Below, in pieces: positions 18,757-28,495 of a DNA stretch of 61,040 nt (position 1 is the stretch's first letter; every line of letters starts with the position of its first letter). Source of the stretch: an uncultured virus (IMG/VR IMGVR_UViG_3300017917_001941) (lineage: Duplodnaviria; Heunggongvirae; Uroviricota; Caudoviricetes); the IMG/VR virus record IMGVR_UViG_3300017917_001941; one strand, given 5' to 3'. The position numbers and the translations under genes are program-made. The notes beneath the pieces are model-generated. The model worked only from the letters and a program-made list of their open reading frames with translations, had not been told where the DNA came from and ran no database searches.

Positions 18757-19662
18757 GTGCCGCTCGTACAGAATCTCAAGTACCATGACTACCAGTCTGA
18801 GTACGCCGTTCCAACCGGGAAGTGGCGATGGACTACTCGTCTCGATGTCTCTCAATCGAGTCCGAGCTATTCGGTCCGTGACATTGTTTCCCCCTTCGGC
18901 CTTTTGCGAGATTCAATTCCGATCCCTGGAATTGTGGTTCAAGCGATGGCTGATAGTATTGAGGAGTTGAGATCTAACTTTACTCCGAGTATCCTTGTGG
19001 GGCCTCCTTCCAGTCTTATTTTCGAAGTTGACGAGGGTCGGGGCTATTCTGTGCCCCAAAGTGTCCTCGTGACAAACGATGGAGTTTATGGCTCCGTCCT
19101 TGGGACTAGCATTACAACTTCTGCCTCGTACATAAGAGTGACTCCGACCACTATTGGTGGTTTGGCTATTAACGAAAGTGGGGAGTTCACTGTTGAAGTT
19201 AACTCAACAGAATTACTCTTTGTCGAGAGTCCCTATCAGGAGACAATTGTTGTTCAAGACCCGGCGGCTGGTAATACCCCTCAGACGATACCTGTACGTA
19301 TCAACGTTCGGCCAAAGGCTACTATTTCGGCTGTACCGACATTGCTTGTTTTCAATGTAGTTCGTCCTATTGATGGGGTTTTCCCGGTAGTCCCACCTCA
19401 GTCTTTCGTGCTTCAGAACTTGGGCCCTGCTGGGTCTGTGCTGGAGTATGATATCCGGGCTTTGACTGGCCTGTGCTCCAATTGGCTCCGGAGCTGGCTT
19501 CCGTCTTCTGGGGTTTTAGTTTCTGGTCAAACTCAGCAGATTAGTGTGACGGTTCAACCCCCAGATAGTCTTTTAGCAGGTACCTATTCCGAGATGCTCC
19601 GTGTTTCTGGATTTAGTAGTAATCAGTATCTCGATGTTGAGATTCGTCTCGTTATTTCGTGA
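18757..19662 (+). CDS. Structural protein with two Ig-like (BACON-type) domains
   Basis: Beta-rich repeats PSSLIF...PQSVLVTNDG and PTLLVF...PQSFVLQNLG...WL...PSSG; GAGG RBS. Confidence 0.6.
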   Translation: MPLVQNLKYHDYQSEYAVPTGKWRWTTRLDVSQSSPSYSVRDIVSPFGLLRDSIPIPGIVVQAMADSIEELRSNFTPSILVGPPSSLIFEVDEGRGYSVPQSVLVTNDGVYGSVLGTSITTSASYIRVTPTTIGGLAINESGEFTVEVNSTELLFVESPYQETIVVQDPAAGNTPQTIPVRINVRPKATISAVPTLLVFNVVRPIDGVFPVVPPQSFVLQNLGPAGSVLEYDIRALTGLCSNWLRSWLPSSGVLVSGQTQQISVTVQPPDSLLAGTYSEMLRVSGFSSNQYLDVEIRLVIS

Positions 19663-19669
19663 GGGCATA

Positions 19670-19945
19670 ATGTCAGACCAACGAAACTTTGATCTGGGTG
19701 GTTTTCAAGTTCAGGGATCTACTGGACTTGATGCTTTTTTTGCCCGTGAGCCCTCCATTGTCACCCCCTCTAAGGGAATGCGTAGGGTGGCCTCTCTTCA
19801 GGATCTTAATGGGTTCGTTCGCCTTTCGGCCGACACCCTTGTGCATAAGGCAGATCGAGACCTATGGGCCATCAAACGCCAATCGGATGGGTCCATGTAT
19901 GTAGAGCGAATGTTCGATGATAACGGAACCCCTCTAAAGGTCTGA
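19670..19945 (+). CDS. Small hypothetical virion protein
   Basis: GAGGG before ATG 19670; contains RRVAS and LVHKADRDLW. Confidence 0.6.
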   Translation: MSDQRNFDLGGFQVQGSTGLDAFFAREPSIVTPSKGMRRVASLQDLNGFVRLSADTLVHKADRDLWAIKRQSDGSMYVERMFDDNGTPLKV

Positions 19946-19955
19946 AGGAGGTTTC

Positions 19956-21353
19956 GTGAAAACGATTCAGAAAGTTAGGACATTGATTGCCCGCGAAGAA
20001 GGACTCCCCCTTCCCCCTTCGGATGTGGGAACCCCTGTTAAGAGAGATATTCCTAAGGGGCATGAGTTCGATGCTAGAGCTCTGAAGCCTCTTGCTAGGG
20101 CGCTTTTTTCCTCTTCCGTGGCTCTTGGACATGCCGTGAAGGCGTACAAAGAGTTCACTCGAATCAAGTCTAGCTCTATTTCTCCCGACGGGATGTTGGG
20201 GGGAAAGGGTTATGTCCTAAAGGTTACAGATGTAAGAGCTAAGCTTCAAGAGTCGTGCGAGCTTCTCAGCTCTCTTACTGACACCTTGTATGACGAACTG
20301 AATGGCCCTCATTGGAAGCCTAAGATAGTAGATCTTGGTCAAAATGACGCTGAAGATGTTACCGAGCTTTTGGAGGAGTCTGAAGAGATTCTTCTGGATC
20401 CCGAGCGATATGGCGACAAGGATGTGAGTAAGATTGAGGAAAAGAACGACGGCCCTGGTGGAACTCCAAATACTAAGAAGACTGAGGATCATATTCGTGA
20501 CGCTGAAGCGCAGTCTGGGAAGACTGATGCTTCTCGGCTCCCTGATGCTGGGGGTCCTGAGACGAGCCAGGCCACTCCTCCCCCTGGTGGAGCTTCTCGT
20601 CCTAAGGAGGCCTCTGCCTGGAAGGCTCCGTCTGGTTGGGCACGGTATGCGAATTCCTCGGTTCCGGTCAATACTCTTCCGGGCCCTCGCGTTGATCACT
20701 TAGACCGAGGTGAGCAGACAGGGCCAAGTGGTTCTTACAATCGTGATGAGCCTAGAGTTCAGGATCAGTGGGGTCTTACAGATGGGGTTATCCCTAAGAC
20801 TCTTAATAAAGTTTGGGGGGGAGCTCAGGAGTGGGGGACTTCCGGGCTCCCCTCTGACTCTGAGACTCGTACGGAGGCATTTGATTTCGGTGTTGGTTAT
20901 GGGGCTCATGGTCAGGGGGCTGGGGGGTATGGGACAAAAAACCCAGATGGTAGAGGTGTTTGGGGCCCTCAAAGCACTCTTCCAAGTGATCCCCTAGCGC
21001 CAACAAAGGACCTTAGTGTGGTTCCCTTGGAAAAACCTATGGTGGCTAGCCATTGGGGTGAAGTGTCTGAGTCTGGACTCCCTTTTGATGGCCCTGACTC
21101 CATTGCAAGGACTGATTACTTCGAAGGAAACCGGGGAAATCAAACGAATGCTCCCCTTCATGGGAACCGTCAGATTGCTCAGTCTCAAATGCCTGGGACA
21201 GGAGAGTCTATCAATTACGAGTATGACCGAGATCTTCCAAATACTGGGTATAAGTATGAGCAACAATCGGTCCCATACTTGAAGCGTGATTGGGCTACGC
21301 ATAACGACCGAAATGACATGCAAGACCTCTACAGGATGGAAAATCATGGCTGA
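19956..21353 (+). CDS. Hypothetical head-associated protein (helical N-domain, Gly/Pro-rich C-part)
   Basis: GGAGG RBS; 465 aa; internal LPxD-like repeats; KEAS and RYAN motifs. Confidence 0.6.
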   Translation: MKTIQKVRTLIAREEGLPLPPSDVGTPVKRDIPKGHEFDARALKPLARALFSSSVALGHAVKAYKEFTRIKSSSISPDGMLGGKGYVLKVTDVRAKLQESCELLSSLTDTLYDELNGPHWKPKIVDLGQNDAEDVTELLEESEEILLDPERYGDKDVSKIEEKNDGPGGTPNTKKTEDHIRDAEAQSGKTDASRLPDAGGPETSQATPPPGGASRPKEASAWKAPSGWARYANSSVPVNTLPGPRVDHLDRGEQTGPSGSYNRDEPRVQDQWGLTDGVIPKTLNKVWGGAQEWGTSGLPSDSETRTEAFDFGVGYGAHGQGAGGYGTKNPDGRGVWGPQSTLPSDPLAPTKDLSVVPLEKPMVASHWGEVSESGLPFDGPDSIARTDYFEGNRGNQTNAPLHGNRQIAQSQMPGTGESINYEYDRDLPNTGYKYEQQSVPYLKRDWATHNDRNDMQDLYRMENHG

Positions 21354-23364
21354 CCTTGGCGATCTCACTAAGTTTCTGAAAGAGGGCTCGGTCGTCGATC
21401 TTGACTGGCTCGATGTTGATGAGAAACAGTATCGGGAGTTGGACACGCTTCCGAAGCAGAATCTAGACATCGCCCCAGATCTTGAGCATATCTGGAGTCA
21501 CACAGATATGCCTCAGACTATCGTTCCAAATAAGGATCGGCCACAAACGATGGGGGACTTGAGTCAAGCCCATGGTAAATTGGCTACTGATGAGGTTACT
21601 CAGAAGGTTATTAGGGTCGCCCGGTTGGCCCTGATGCAATCCACAGACTTAGAAAAGTTTCGTCATGCTCTTGTGACTCGTTTCGATTCTACTGTACTTG
21701 CTGCGGCTCGTTCAGTCCTAGCCACGGTTCTAGGTGAGAGGGGCCTTCTCGGCTGCTACTATGTGGATGCATTTGACTTCCCAGTCTGCAATAAGGCGGG
21801 GAAAGAAGTGACCTCATTTGTCAAAAGGTACTCTTCTTCAAGTCAGTTTGTACTTGCGAAGCAGGACTGTGCCGGATGCATTCATAGTTCTGGTAACACC
21901 TGTGCTGTTTTTCAAAAGAAGTTGGTTCTGGAAGTTCCATATACTCTGGCTTTGGCTGAGGCTGTAGAGAGGAGTCAGTCAGCTCAGGGTAAGTCGATTC
22001 AGGCTTCAACTCAGGCTCCCCGGGAGCGCATCAAAGCGGCTTTTCTTTCTGGGGCGGTTAGAGTGGTGGATCGAGTGGAAAGTCCTAAGCCGATTCTTAA
22101 TCCTGCTCAGTATATGAGAGCGACACTTGATACCCCGAAGGTTCACTTACCTGTTATGGCGACTCAGTATCAGGCTTTTCAGCAAGCTCAGATGGCTTGG
22201 CAGCCTGTCACGGTTGTAGGTAAGACGGCTGGGACCACCAGGAATGCTGCTGATAAGAAAGCTTTTGACATCATGGCCTTTCTTCGTCGAGAGATGCTCA
22301 AGGCACATGGGGAGCAGGCACTTCTTCACGCTCTCAGGCTTTCCTTTTCTTTGGATGACCTTCGAGCCACCCGTCAGGCCTGGGAGCCTATTTTCAAGGA
22401 GGCTGGGTACTACGGGACGGTCTATGCAACTCAGGAGTCTTTTGATGATTGCCATGAAGGGGCAGATTTTTTAGCCAAGTTCAATCCCCAGATAAAGGGA
22501 ATTGTTGCTGGTGGTAAGTGTGCCGGGTGCATTTACAACAAAATGTCCCGATGCATGATGTATGGGAAGTCTTTGGTCGCCAAGGCTGAGGATTTATACA
22601 CACAAGAAACGGTCAATCTTGTCCTCCGGGAGCATCGTTTGGCGGGGCGTATCGCTTCTGGCATGGATACGGCGGTCTGGGGCAATACTCCGGCTGAAGC
22701 CTTGAAGGCGGTCTATCGCTCTGCCACTAAGGCTAGCCAGGCCCCTGCAATTCCGATGCGTGCTTACGTGGAGCAAGCCTTCAGGGGACAAGATCATGGG
22801 CATATCACGGCTGGGTTGACTAAGAGACAGATTGTTAGTGCGGCTACTCGTTACATTAATGAGGGTCTTTATGGGGAGGATCTTCGTCGGGTTCTCGCAA
22901 GTAGATTTGATCCTCGTGACCTCGTAGCGTCTGAGGGTGAGCTAAAGGTTGCTTTAGCAGAGCAGGGACTTCAGGGTATCTTCTACGTAGACCCTACAGT
23001 CTATGATGATTATGCCAAGGGTTGTGATGAGGGTGCGAGGATTCATCGAGCTCGAATGGTTCCCTACCTAAAGATCGGACCCAAGTGCGCCTCATGTGTT
23101 CTTCAACATCATCGTGGTTTTTGCTCTAAATATGCCAAGGAGCTGGTGATTGAACCTCCCTATTCGGACAAGGCAGCCCAGCAAAAAGAGATTCTGGCAT
23201 CTGGGAAGTCTACTGAGATTAACCTCGGTACGCTTATGAACAATAGCAAGTCAATTGTTGCTGAGTTTGCGCTCAAGTCTGCGACAGACATCGATCTAAA
23301 TCCTGAGTTACCCAAGTCAGAAACTATTACGGTTGAGTTGGGCGGAGCGAAGATTGACCTATGA
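21346..23364 (+). CDS. Protein with three tandem four-Cys modules
   Basis: Three units E-x-G-x2-G-x2-Y...C...CxxC-x6/7-C-x4-K-x-LV (CAGC, CAGC, CASC); start MADLG overlaps the upstream stop. Confidence 0.7.
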   Translation: MADLGDLTKFLKEGSVVDLDWLDVDEKQYRELDTLPKQNLDIAPDLEHIWSHTDMPQTIVPNKDRPQTMGDLSQAHGKLATDEVTQKVIRVARLALMQSTDLEKFRHALVTRFDSTVLAAARSVLATVLGERGLLGCYYVDAFDFPVCNKAGKEVTSFVKRYSSSSQFVLAKQDCAGCIHSSGNTCAVFQKKLVLEVPYTLALAEAVERSQSAQGKSIQASTQAPRERIKAAFLSGAVRVVDRVESPKPILNPAQYMRATLDTPKVHLPVMATQYQAFQQAQMAWQPVTVVGKTAGTTRNAADKKAFDIMAFLRREMLKAHGEQALLHALRLSFSLDDLRATRQAWEPIFKEAGYYGTVYATQESFDDCHEGADFLAKFNPQIKGIVAGGKCAGCIYNKMSRCMMYGKSLVAKAEDLYTQETVNLVLREHRLAGRIASGMDTAVWGNTPAEALKAVYRSATKASQAPAIPMRAYVEQAFRGQDHGHITAGLTKRQIVSAATRYINEGLYGEDLRRVLASRFDPRDLVASEGELKVALAEQGLQGIFYVDPTVYDDYAKGCDEGARIHRARMVPYLKIGPKCASCVLQHHRGFCSKYAKELVIEPPYSDKAAQQKEILASGKSTEINLGTLMNNSKSIVAEFALKSATDIDLNPELPKSETITVELGGAKIDL

Positions 23365-23750
23365 TTGATGACGTGCTCATTCTTCGAGTGGCTGCTAGAT
23401 TTCTCCATGCTGACCAGCCTCCTGGTATGCGTAAAGAGGTCAAAACCCTTGTAGCTCCGGTTAATAAGCCTAAGGGGATTGATCGAGCTATTGTCAAGGA
23501 GCACGGTCAGCTCATGGACGATGGAAATGAAGATACTATTAGTCCGGATCGTCGTGACCTTCGACCTCAGGATGTGTTCATACCTAAGCCAGACCAAGTG
23601 AGTGTTCGTAACCTTGCCGAGACTGGTAAGGATTTAGAGAGAGCTATCCGAAAACAAATCCCCAAGGATAGGGGTTATGACGTAGTTCGCAACCTTAGTC
23701 AGTATCTCATTGAAACTGACGGAGGTGGTGGAGCAAAGCCGGTGAAGTGA
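23361..23750 (+). CDS. Hypothetical head protein with LRVAARF leader
   Basis: ATGA overlap; 129 aa; N-terminal motif shared with the Topo IB ORF. Confidence 0.6.
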   Translation: MIDDVLILRVAARFLHADQPPGMRKEVKTLVAPVNKPKGIDRAIVKEHGQLMDDGNEDTISPDRRDLRPQDVFIPKPDQVSVRNLAETGKDLERAIRKQIPKDRGYDVVRNLSQYLIETDGGGGAKPVK

Positions 23751-23757
23751 GGTTTAT

Positions 23758-24411
23758 ATGGCTGTGGGAACTGACTTGGATAAGGAGCTAAATCAAGGAG
23801 AGGAAGATCTCGACTTGGAATCTGAGGTTCAGCTTTCTCAAGAAGAGAGAGTCGATGGGATCTTGTCAGTCCTTCCTATTCATGATGCCCCGTATACCGG
23901 GCATCACCATCTCAAGTTGACACGAAGTGTAGGTCGTCCTCGGAAGGTTGAGCGAATGCCAACCACCAGGGATCTAGAGTATCACGCGATTATCGCAAAA
24001 AAAAAGGTTGAATTCGTTGAGTCTGACCCGCTCAAGGTCGATGTTGAGCGTAAAGCTGATAGTGCCTCGGTCCTTCAGAAAATTAAGTTGGAGGTCGCCA
24101 GGGAGATCGCGTCTATTCAGTACCAGCGTGTTGAGGCCGAGAAGTATGGTCGCGATACCGCTAGTATGTCTTCTCGTCGCATTGATGCTTTAGAGAGGCT
24201 CGCCAGGATTGAACTTAAAATGAAAGAGATGGATCGAGAAACGATCAATCTTGGCAGTGAGAAAATGCAGAAGATCTTCATGCTTTGGGTTGAGGTTATG
24301 CGTGAAGTTGCGACCGAAGTTCTACCTCCAGAGACAATGGACCTCTTCTTCAATCGTTTCGCTACTGCGATGGACGGTTGGGAGGAGAGGGCTGCAAATG
24401 TACTGAGATAA
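23758..24411 (+). CDS. Putative terminase small subunit
   Basis: Helical 217-aa protein with GRPRK, immediately upstream of the large terminase; positional inference. Confidence 0.45.
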   Translation: MAVGTDLDKELNQGEEDLDLESEVQLSQEERVDGILSVLPIHDAPYTGHHHLKLTRSVGRPRKVERMPTTRDLEYHAIIAKKKVEFVESDPLKVDVERKADSASVLQKIKLEVAREIASIQYQRVEAEKYGRDTASMSSRRIDALERLARIELKMKEMDRETINLGSEKMQKIFMLWVEVMREVATEVLPPETMDLFFNRFATAMDGWEERAANVLR

Positions 24412-24412
24412 T

Positions 24413-26389
24413 ATGGCGTCCAAGCAAAAAGGAATTTCCCACCTAATTCGCAGTGCGGGTCACCGGGCAAAGACTATTGCTGAGGAGCAGGCTGGGAACG
24501 GAGACTTGAATGTAGTTGGTGTGGATGGGCGGCACACCAGGATTTTTAGTGTCCTTCAGTATGCTGAGTCGTCGTGGGGCATCGGCATGCAATTGTATCC
24601 GGTTCAGCGTTTTCTTGTTAAGCTTTATTACCACATCCCGCTGGACGACAAAAACAAGACTATTAGCATCACCGACATGTTCAAAACTCGGGTACTCTAC
24701 AGCTTTACAGAAGTGGAGTACCTGAAGTATCTCTACAGCGAGGGGAGATGTAACATAGGTGAGCAAGACCATATGCGTCGTCAGCTCATCTTGCCCATTG
24801 GTAGAAGGTCTGGGAAGACTGCACTTTCCGCTATATTTGCGAGCTATGAGCTATATCGGTTGCTATCTCTTGGAAACCCCCAGGCGTACTATGGTTTGCC
24901 AAATGGTAACCGGATTCAGATCATCTCGGTTGCGACGGACAAGGACCAGGCCTCTCTTTTGTTCAATGATGTAACCTCACACATGGCAAAGTGTGAGTTT
25001 TTCAAACCTTATATCGCTAACAATACTTTGTCCTACGTTCAGTTTCGAACCCCTTATGATATAGAGAGATACGGGCCCACGGTCAGGCATGAGAATGGAA
25101 AGTTCACGTCATTCAATGGCAAGGCATCAATTAGAGTAACCTTTAAGGCCAGTGTTTCTAAAGGCCTTCGAGGCTCAGGTAATATCGTCATAATTCTCGA
25201 CGAGATGGCCCATTTTCAGGATAAGGGTAATTCATCGGCGAAGGATATCTACGACGCTGTCACCCCATCAGCTTTAGCATTTTCCCCGAAGGACCCGAAG
25301 GACTCTACTACTCCTATTGGGCAGGTGGAGTCTCGTATCATTTCGATTTCATCTCCTCTTAATCGTGCAGGAAAATTTTACGAGTTGTTTCACTTCGCCA
25401 TGTCCCGGGCGGAGGGGTCAGAGAACATGCTCGCGATCCAAGCTCCAACTTGGGAGGTTAACCCAACTGTTGAGCCAACCTTTCTTCGCGAGAAATACCA
25501 TGAAGACCCAACTGTCTTCATGACGGAGTACGGGGCTAACTTCAGTGATCGTGTTCGTGGGTGGATTGAGCGTGAAAGTGATTTAGTAGAGTGCGTTCAG
25601 CCAACGCTTCGTCCGAAGGTTTTTGGACCTCCTAGGTATCCGCACCAGATGGGACTAGACATCGGTCTCATTGGAGACGGGACGACGATGGCGATCACTC
25701 ATTTGGATGGGGATAAGGTCGTTTTGGATTACCATGAGGCTTGGTATGCTGGTATCCCATGGAGGCAAACCAACCCTCACCTACCAGGTACTGCTGTAGA
25801 TTACGCTCGTGTTCTGGAAGCTCAGGAGAGATTAGACTTTGATGAAATTGCAAATTGGATTGCCGTTATGTGCAAGAAGTTTTACATCACAGATGGCTTA
25901 TTTGACCGTTGGAATGGGTTACCTCTAGAACAGGCCCTACATAAGCGTGGCCTGAAGCAATTCAAAAGTGACTTTTTTACTCGTGATGATAAAAGTCGCA
26001 TGTTTCAAGCAGTTAAGCTTTTGATGTTTGATCGACGTCTTGTGCTCTATGACTACCCTATTCCTCGAGAGGGTGACGGGGGTGGTAAGCACTCTTCTTT
26101 TATTAATGAGCTTTTGACTCTCCAGTCTACTCAACTTTCTAAAAACCAAGTAGTTGTCGAGGCCCCTAAGATTTCAGGCGCTCACGACGATATCTCTGAC
26201 GCCTACGTACGTGCGGTATGGCTGTCTTTGGAGCACCTAAATAATTTGAAGCATGTTTCTAGAGGATGTAACGGTGTTCGAGAAATGGTCCGAGCATCTA
26301 GTACTCATCATTATCAGATTGCTCGGATGCGGTCACACGGGATTGTCAGGGATCGATTTGTTCCCAGGTCTCCAGTAAGAGGAATGTGA
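24413..26389 (+). CDS. terL: Terminase large subunit
   Basis: LYPVQ, IGRRSGKT, IIILDEMAH, ISISSP, EYGANF, GLDIG..GDGT, FDRWN, HDDISDA. Confidence 0.92.
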   Translation: MASKQKGISHLIRSAGHRAKTIAEEQAGNGDLNVVGVDGRHTRIFSVLQYAESSWGIGMQLYPVQRFLVKLYYHIPLDDKNKTISITDMFKTRVLYSFTEVEYLKYLYSEGRCNIGEQDHMRRQLILPIGRRSGKTALSAIFASYELYRLLSLGNPQAYYGLPNGNRIQIISVATDKDQASLLFNDVTSHMAKCEFFKPYIANNTLSYVQFRTPYDIERYGPTVRHENGKFTSFNGKASIRVTFKASVSKGLRGSGNIVIILDEMAHFQDKGNSSAKDIYDAVTPSALAFSPKDPKDSTTPIGQVESRIISISSPLNRAGKFYELFHFAMSRAEGSENMLAIQAPTWEVNPTVEPTFLREKYHEDPTVFMTEYGANFSDRVRGWIERESDLVECVQPTLRPKVFGPPRYPHQMGLDIGLIGDGTTMAITHLDGDKVVLDYHEAWYAGIPWRQTNPHLPGTAVDYARVLEAQERLDFDEIANWIAVMCKKFYITDGLFDRWNGLPLEQALHKRGLKQFKSDFFTRDDKSRMFQAVKLLMFDRRLVLYDYPIPREGDGGGKHSSFINELLTLQSTQLSKNQVVVEAPKISGAHDDISDAYVRAVWLSLEHLNNLKHVSRGCNGVREMVRASSTHHYQIARMRSHGIVRDRFVPRSPVRGM

Positions 26390-26390
26390 C

Positions 26391-27440
26391 ATGCGTTATC
26401 TGGTTTTAGACGAGATTGGGCTTCGAGTGGCTGCTCGGTACAAGCAGAAAAAGAAGCTGGAGAGTGGGAACACTGTCTATGTTTATAGTCCCCAACAGAT
26501 TTCTCGCCGGAATAATGAGAAAGCTAATCGGGTAGAGAAGTTACGAGGCAAGCTCTCGGAACTTCGAAAAAAAGTGAAAAAAGATCTTGATTCAAGCGAT
26601 TTGAAAACCAAGCTTACCGCCCTGGTTGTGGCGCTCATTGACCATACTTATGAGCGGGTTGGTAATGATGAGTCTGCTGAGGAAAGAGGCCACTTTGGGG
26701 TTACCGGATGGCAAAAGAAACATGTTTCATTGGGCAAGAGCATCGCTACGATTAGGTATGTGGGAAAATCCGGTGTCAAACATGAGAAAAAAGTAAATGA
26801 CCTTTCGATTCTTCCGGCTTTGAAAGAAGCCTATGATTCGGCGGAAAAAGAGACTAGTGGCCTTTTTGGAGAGGTTAGCTCTAAGGAAGTCAATGAATAC
26901 CTCTCTGACTTTGATATAACTGCGAAAGACCTTCGTGGACTCCATGCTAACCGGGAGATGCAGGAGCGCTTGACCAAGATCCGGGCTAAGGGTCCTGACC
27001 TACCTAGTGGCCGTAAGGAGAAGGACAAGATTCTCAAGAAGGAGTTTCAGGAGGCTCTTGAGGGTGCCGCTGAAGCGGTAGGGCATGAAGCAGCAACACT
27101 TCGGAGTCAATATCTCGTTCCTGCGCTTGAGGAAGCTTATGTGAAGGATGGGACCGTCATCAAAAAGCTTAATGAGAAGACGGCTGGTTTGGACCAGGAT
27201 GAACCTCGTCCTCTAGTATTTTCTCACCGCGTTATTCGTCAATTGATAGATCATATGGTTGGCGAGGACACTGTTACTGATGAAGCTGACTTTTTGTCGA
27301 TGCGTCTTGCTTTCCGTCAAAAAGGCGGGTCCTGGGAAAAGCTGGTCAATGGGGATACTAGTCAGAATAACCTATTGAAGGATGTTGTAGTTGGCTGGTC
27401 AAAGATTCCTGGCCGTAAGAAGAAGCCGGAGACACTATAA
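26391..27440 (+). CDS. DNA topoisomerase IB (bacterial/poxvirus-like catalytic domain)
   Basis: ERVGN...FGVTG, YVGKSGVKH, TAKDLRGLHAN, AVGHEAATLRSQYL give the R-K-R-H-Y catalytic pentad. Confidence 0.9.
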   Translation: MRYLVLDEIGLRVAARYKQKKKLESGNTVYVYSPQQISRRNNEKANRVEKLRGKLSELRKKVKKDLDSSDLKTKLTALVVALIDHTYERVGNDESAEERGHFGVTGWQKKHVSLGKSIATIRYVGKSGVKHEKKVNDLSILPALKEAYDSAEKETSGLFGEVSSKEVNEYLSDFDITAKDLRGLHANREMQERLTKIRAKGPDLPSGRKEKDKILKKEFQEALEGAAEAVGHEAATLRSQYLVPALEEAYVKDGTVIKKLNEKTAGLDQDEPRPLVFSHRVIRQLIDHMVGEDTVTDEADFLSMRLAFRQKGGSWEKLVNGDTSQNNLLKDVVVGWSKIPGRKKKPETL

Positions 27441-27961
27441 TGCCAGAGTTGGTACGTAGCAGAGACATGATCGTCCTCAAGAAGGGCGATGCTTACCCTG
27501 TTACGGTTAGCGAGGAGATGGTCCTTGGGGGGTGGAAAGGCGCCCAGGGAGTCCAGTGGGCGCCTCCGAATGGGGATGAGTTTCGAGTCACGTACTATGA
27601 CTCAGTTCCGGTTGGGTTTATGTTCTGGGGTTCCGACGAAGAGGCTGACCAGTTCACATCCATGACTCGGTTTCAGCCTTACTACCGAATGGGGATTATT
27701 TGTTTTGGTGGATGGCATATTCAAACGAGTACTTTTGAGAGATACACCTATGCTTCTCGGGTGGCGGGGGGTCCGTTGGTACCGATCGAGTACCATGCTA
27801 GTGATCGTCTTCTATACTCCCTTCGTGGGTATTTTACGAAAGAGGATGAGTGGACTCTTTCCGGTGACCCTCGAGCACCTAACACTTATTACATTGCTTT
27901 TGTTACTCAGTCCCCGTCCGCCCTTACTGGCTTCTACATGGGCGTCCAAGTGGCTGTGTGA
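27440..27961 (+). CDS. Tandem paralog 1 of 3 (putative virion/decoration-like protein)
   Basis: Shares RD..K/RGDxYPV, GWxGxxGVQW, GSDE, GPLVP, SLRG..TKEDEWTLxGDPR with the next two ORFs. Confidence 0.7.
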   Translation: MPELVRSRDMIVLKKGDAYPVTVSEEMVLGGWKGAQGVQWAPPNGDEFRVTYYDSVPVGFMFWGSDEEADQFTSMTRFQPYYRMGIICFGGWHIQTSTFERYTYASRVAGGPLVPIEYHASDRLLYSLRGYFTKEDEWTLSGDPRAPNTYYIAFVTQSPSALTGFYMGVQVAV

Positions 27962-27967
27962 GGTAGC

Positions 27968-28489
27968 ATGAACTTGAAATTTCCTAGGGACCGTGACTGT
28001 CATTGCTTATTTCGAGGAGATTCCTATCCTGTCGTTCTGTCCACAGAGTTGATTCAAAATGGGTGGTTTGGTGGGTCTGGGGTTCAATGGGATGATTCAC
28101 CTAGGGATGAATTCAGAGTACGTCGCTCTAACGGGGAGTATGGTGGTTTCATTCTTTTTGGGTCAGGGGAGCCCTCGGATGAGTATACCGCTCTTACCGG
28201 GAATCAGCTTGCTTATGGGCATAGCGTTATGTGCAGTGGTGGATGGTTAATCTCTACCAGGGCTGTGGAGTTGTTCACTTATGTATCAAGGCAGGCTGGC
28301 CCTCTTGTGCCACTGAGTTATCAGGCAACTGATCGAGTGCTGTTTTCCCTTCGAGGTCTTTGGACAAAAGAGGATGAGTGGACTTTAGCCGGAGACCCCC
28401 GAGGGGCAAATGACCACTTTGTGGGTAGCGTAATCCAGCCACCCTCTTCGCAGAATAATTGGTATATTACCATCCAGACTTCGATTTGA
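27968..28489 (+). CDS. Tandem paralog 2 of 3
   Basis: Same motif set, 173 aa, GAGG RBS. Confidence 0.7.
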   Translation: MNLKFPRDRDCHCLFRGDSYPVVLSTELIQNGWFGGSGVQWDDSPRDEFRVRRSNGEYGGFILFGSGEPSDEYTALTGNQLAYGHSVMCSGGWLISTRAVELFTYVSRQAGPLVPLSYQATDRVLFSLRGLWTKEDEWTLAGDPRGANDHFVGSVIQPPSSQNNWYITIQTSI

Positions 28490-28495
28490 GGGGTC

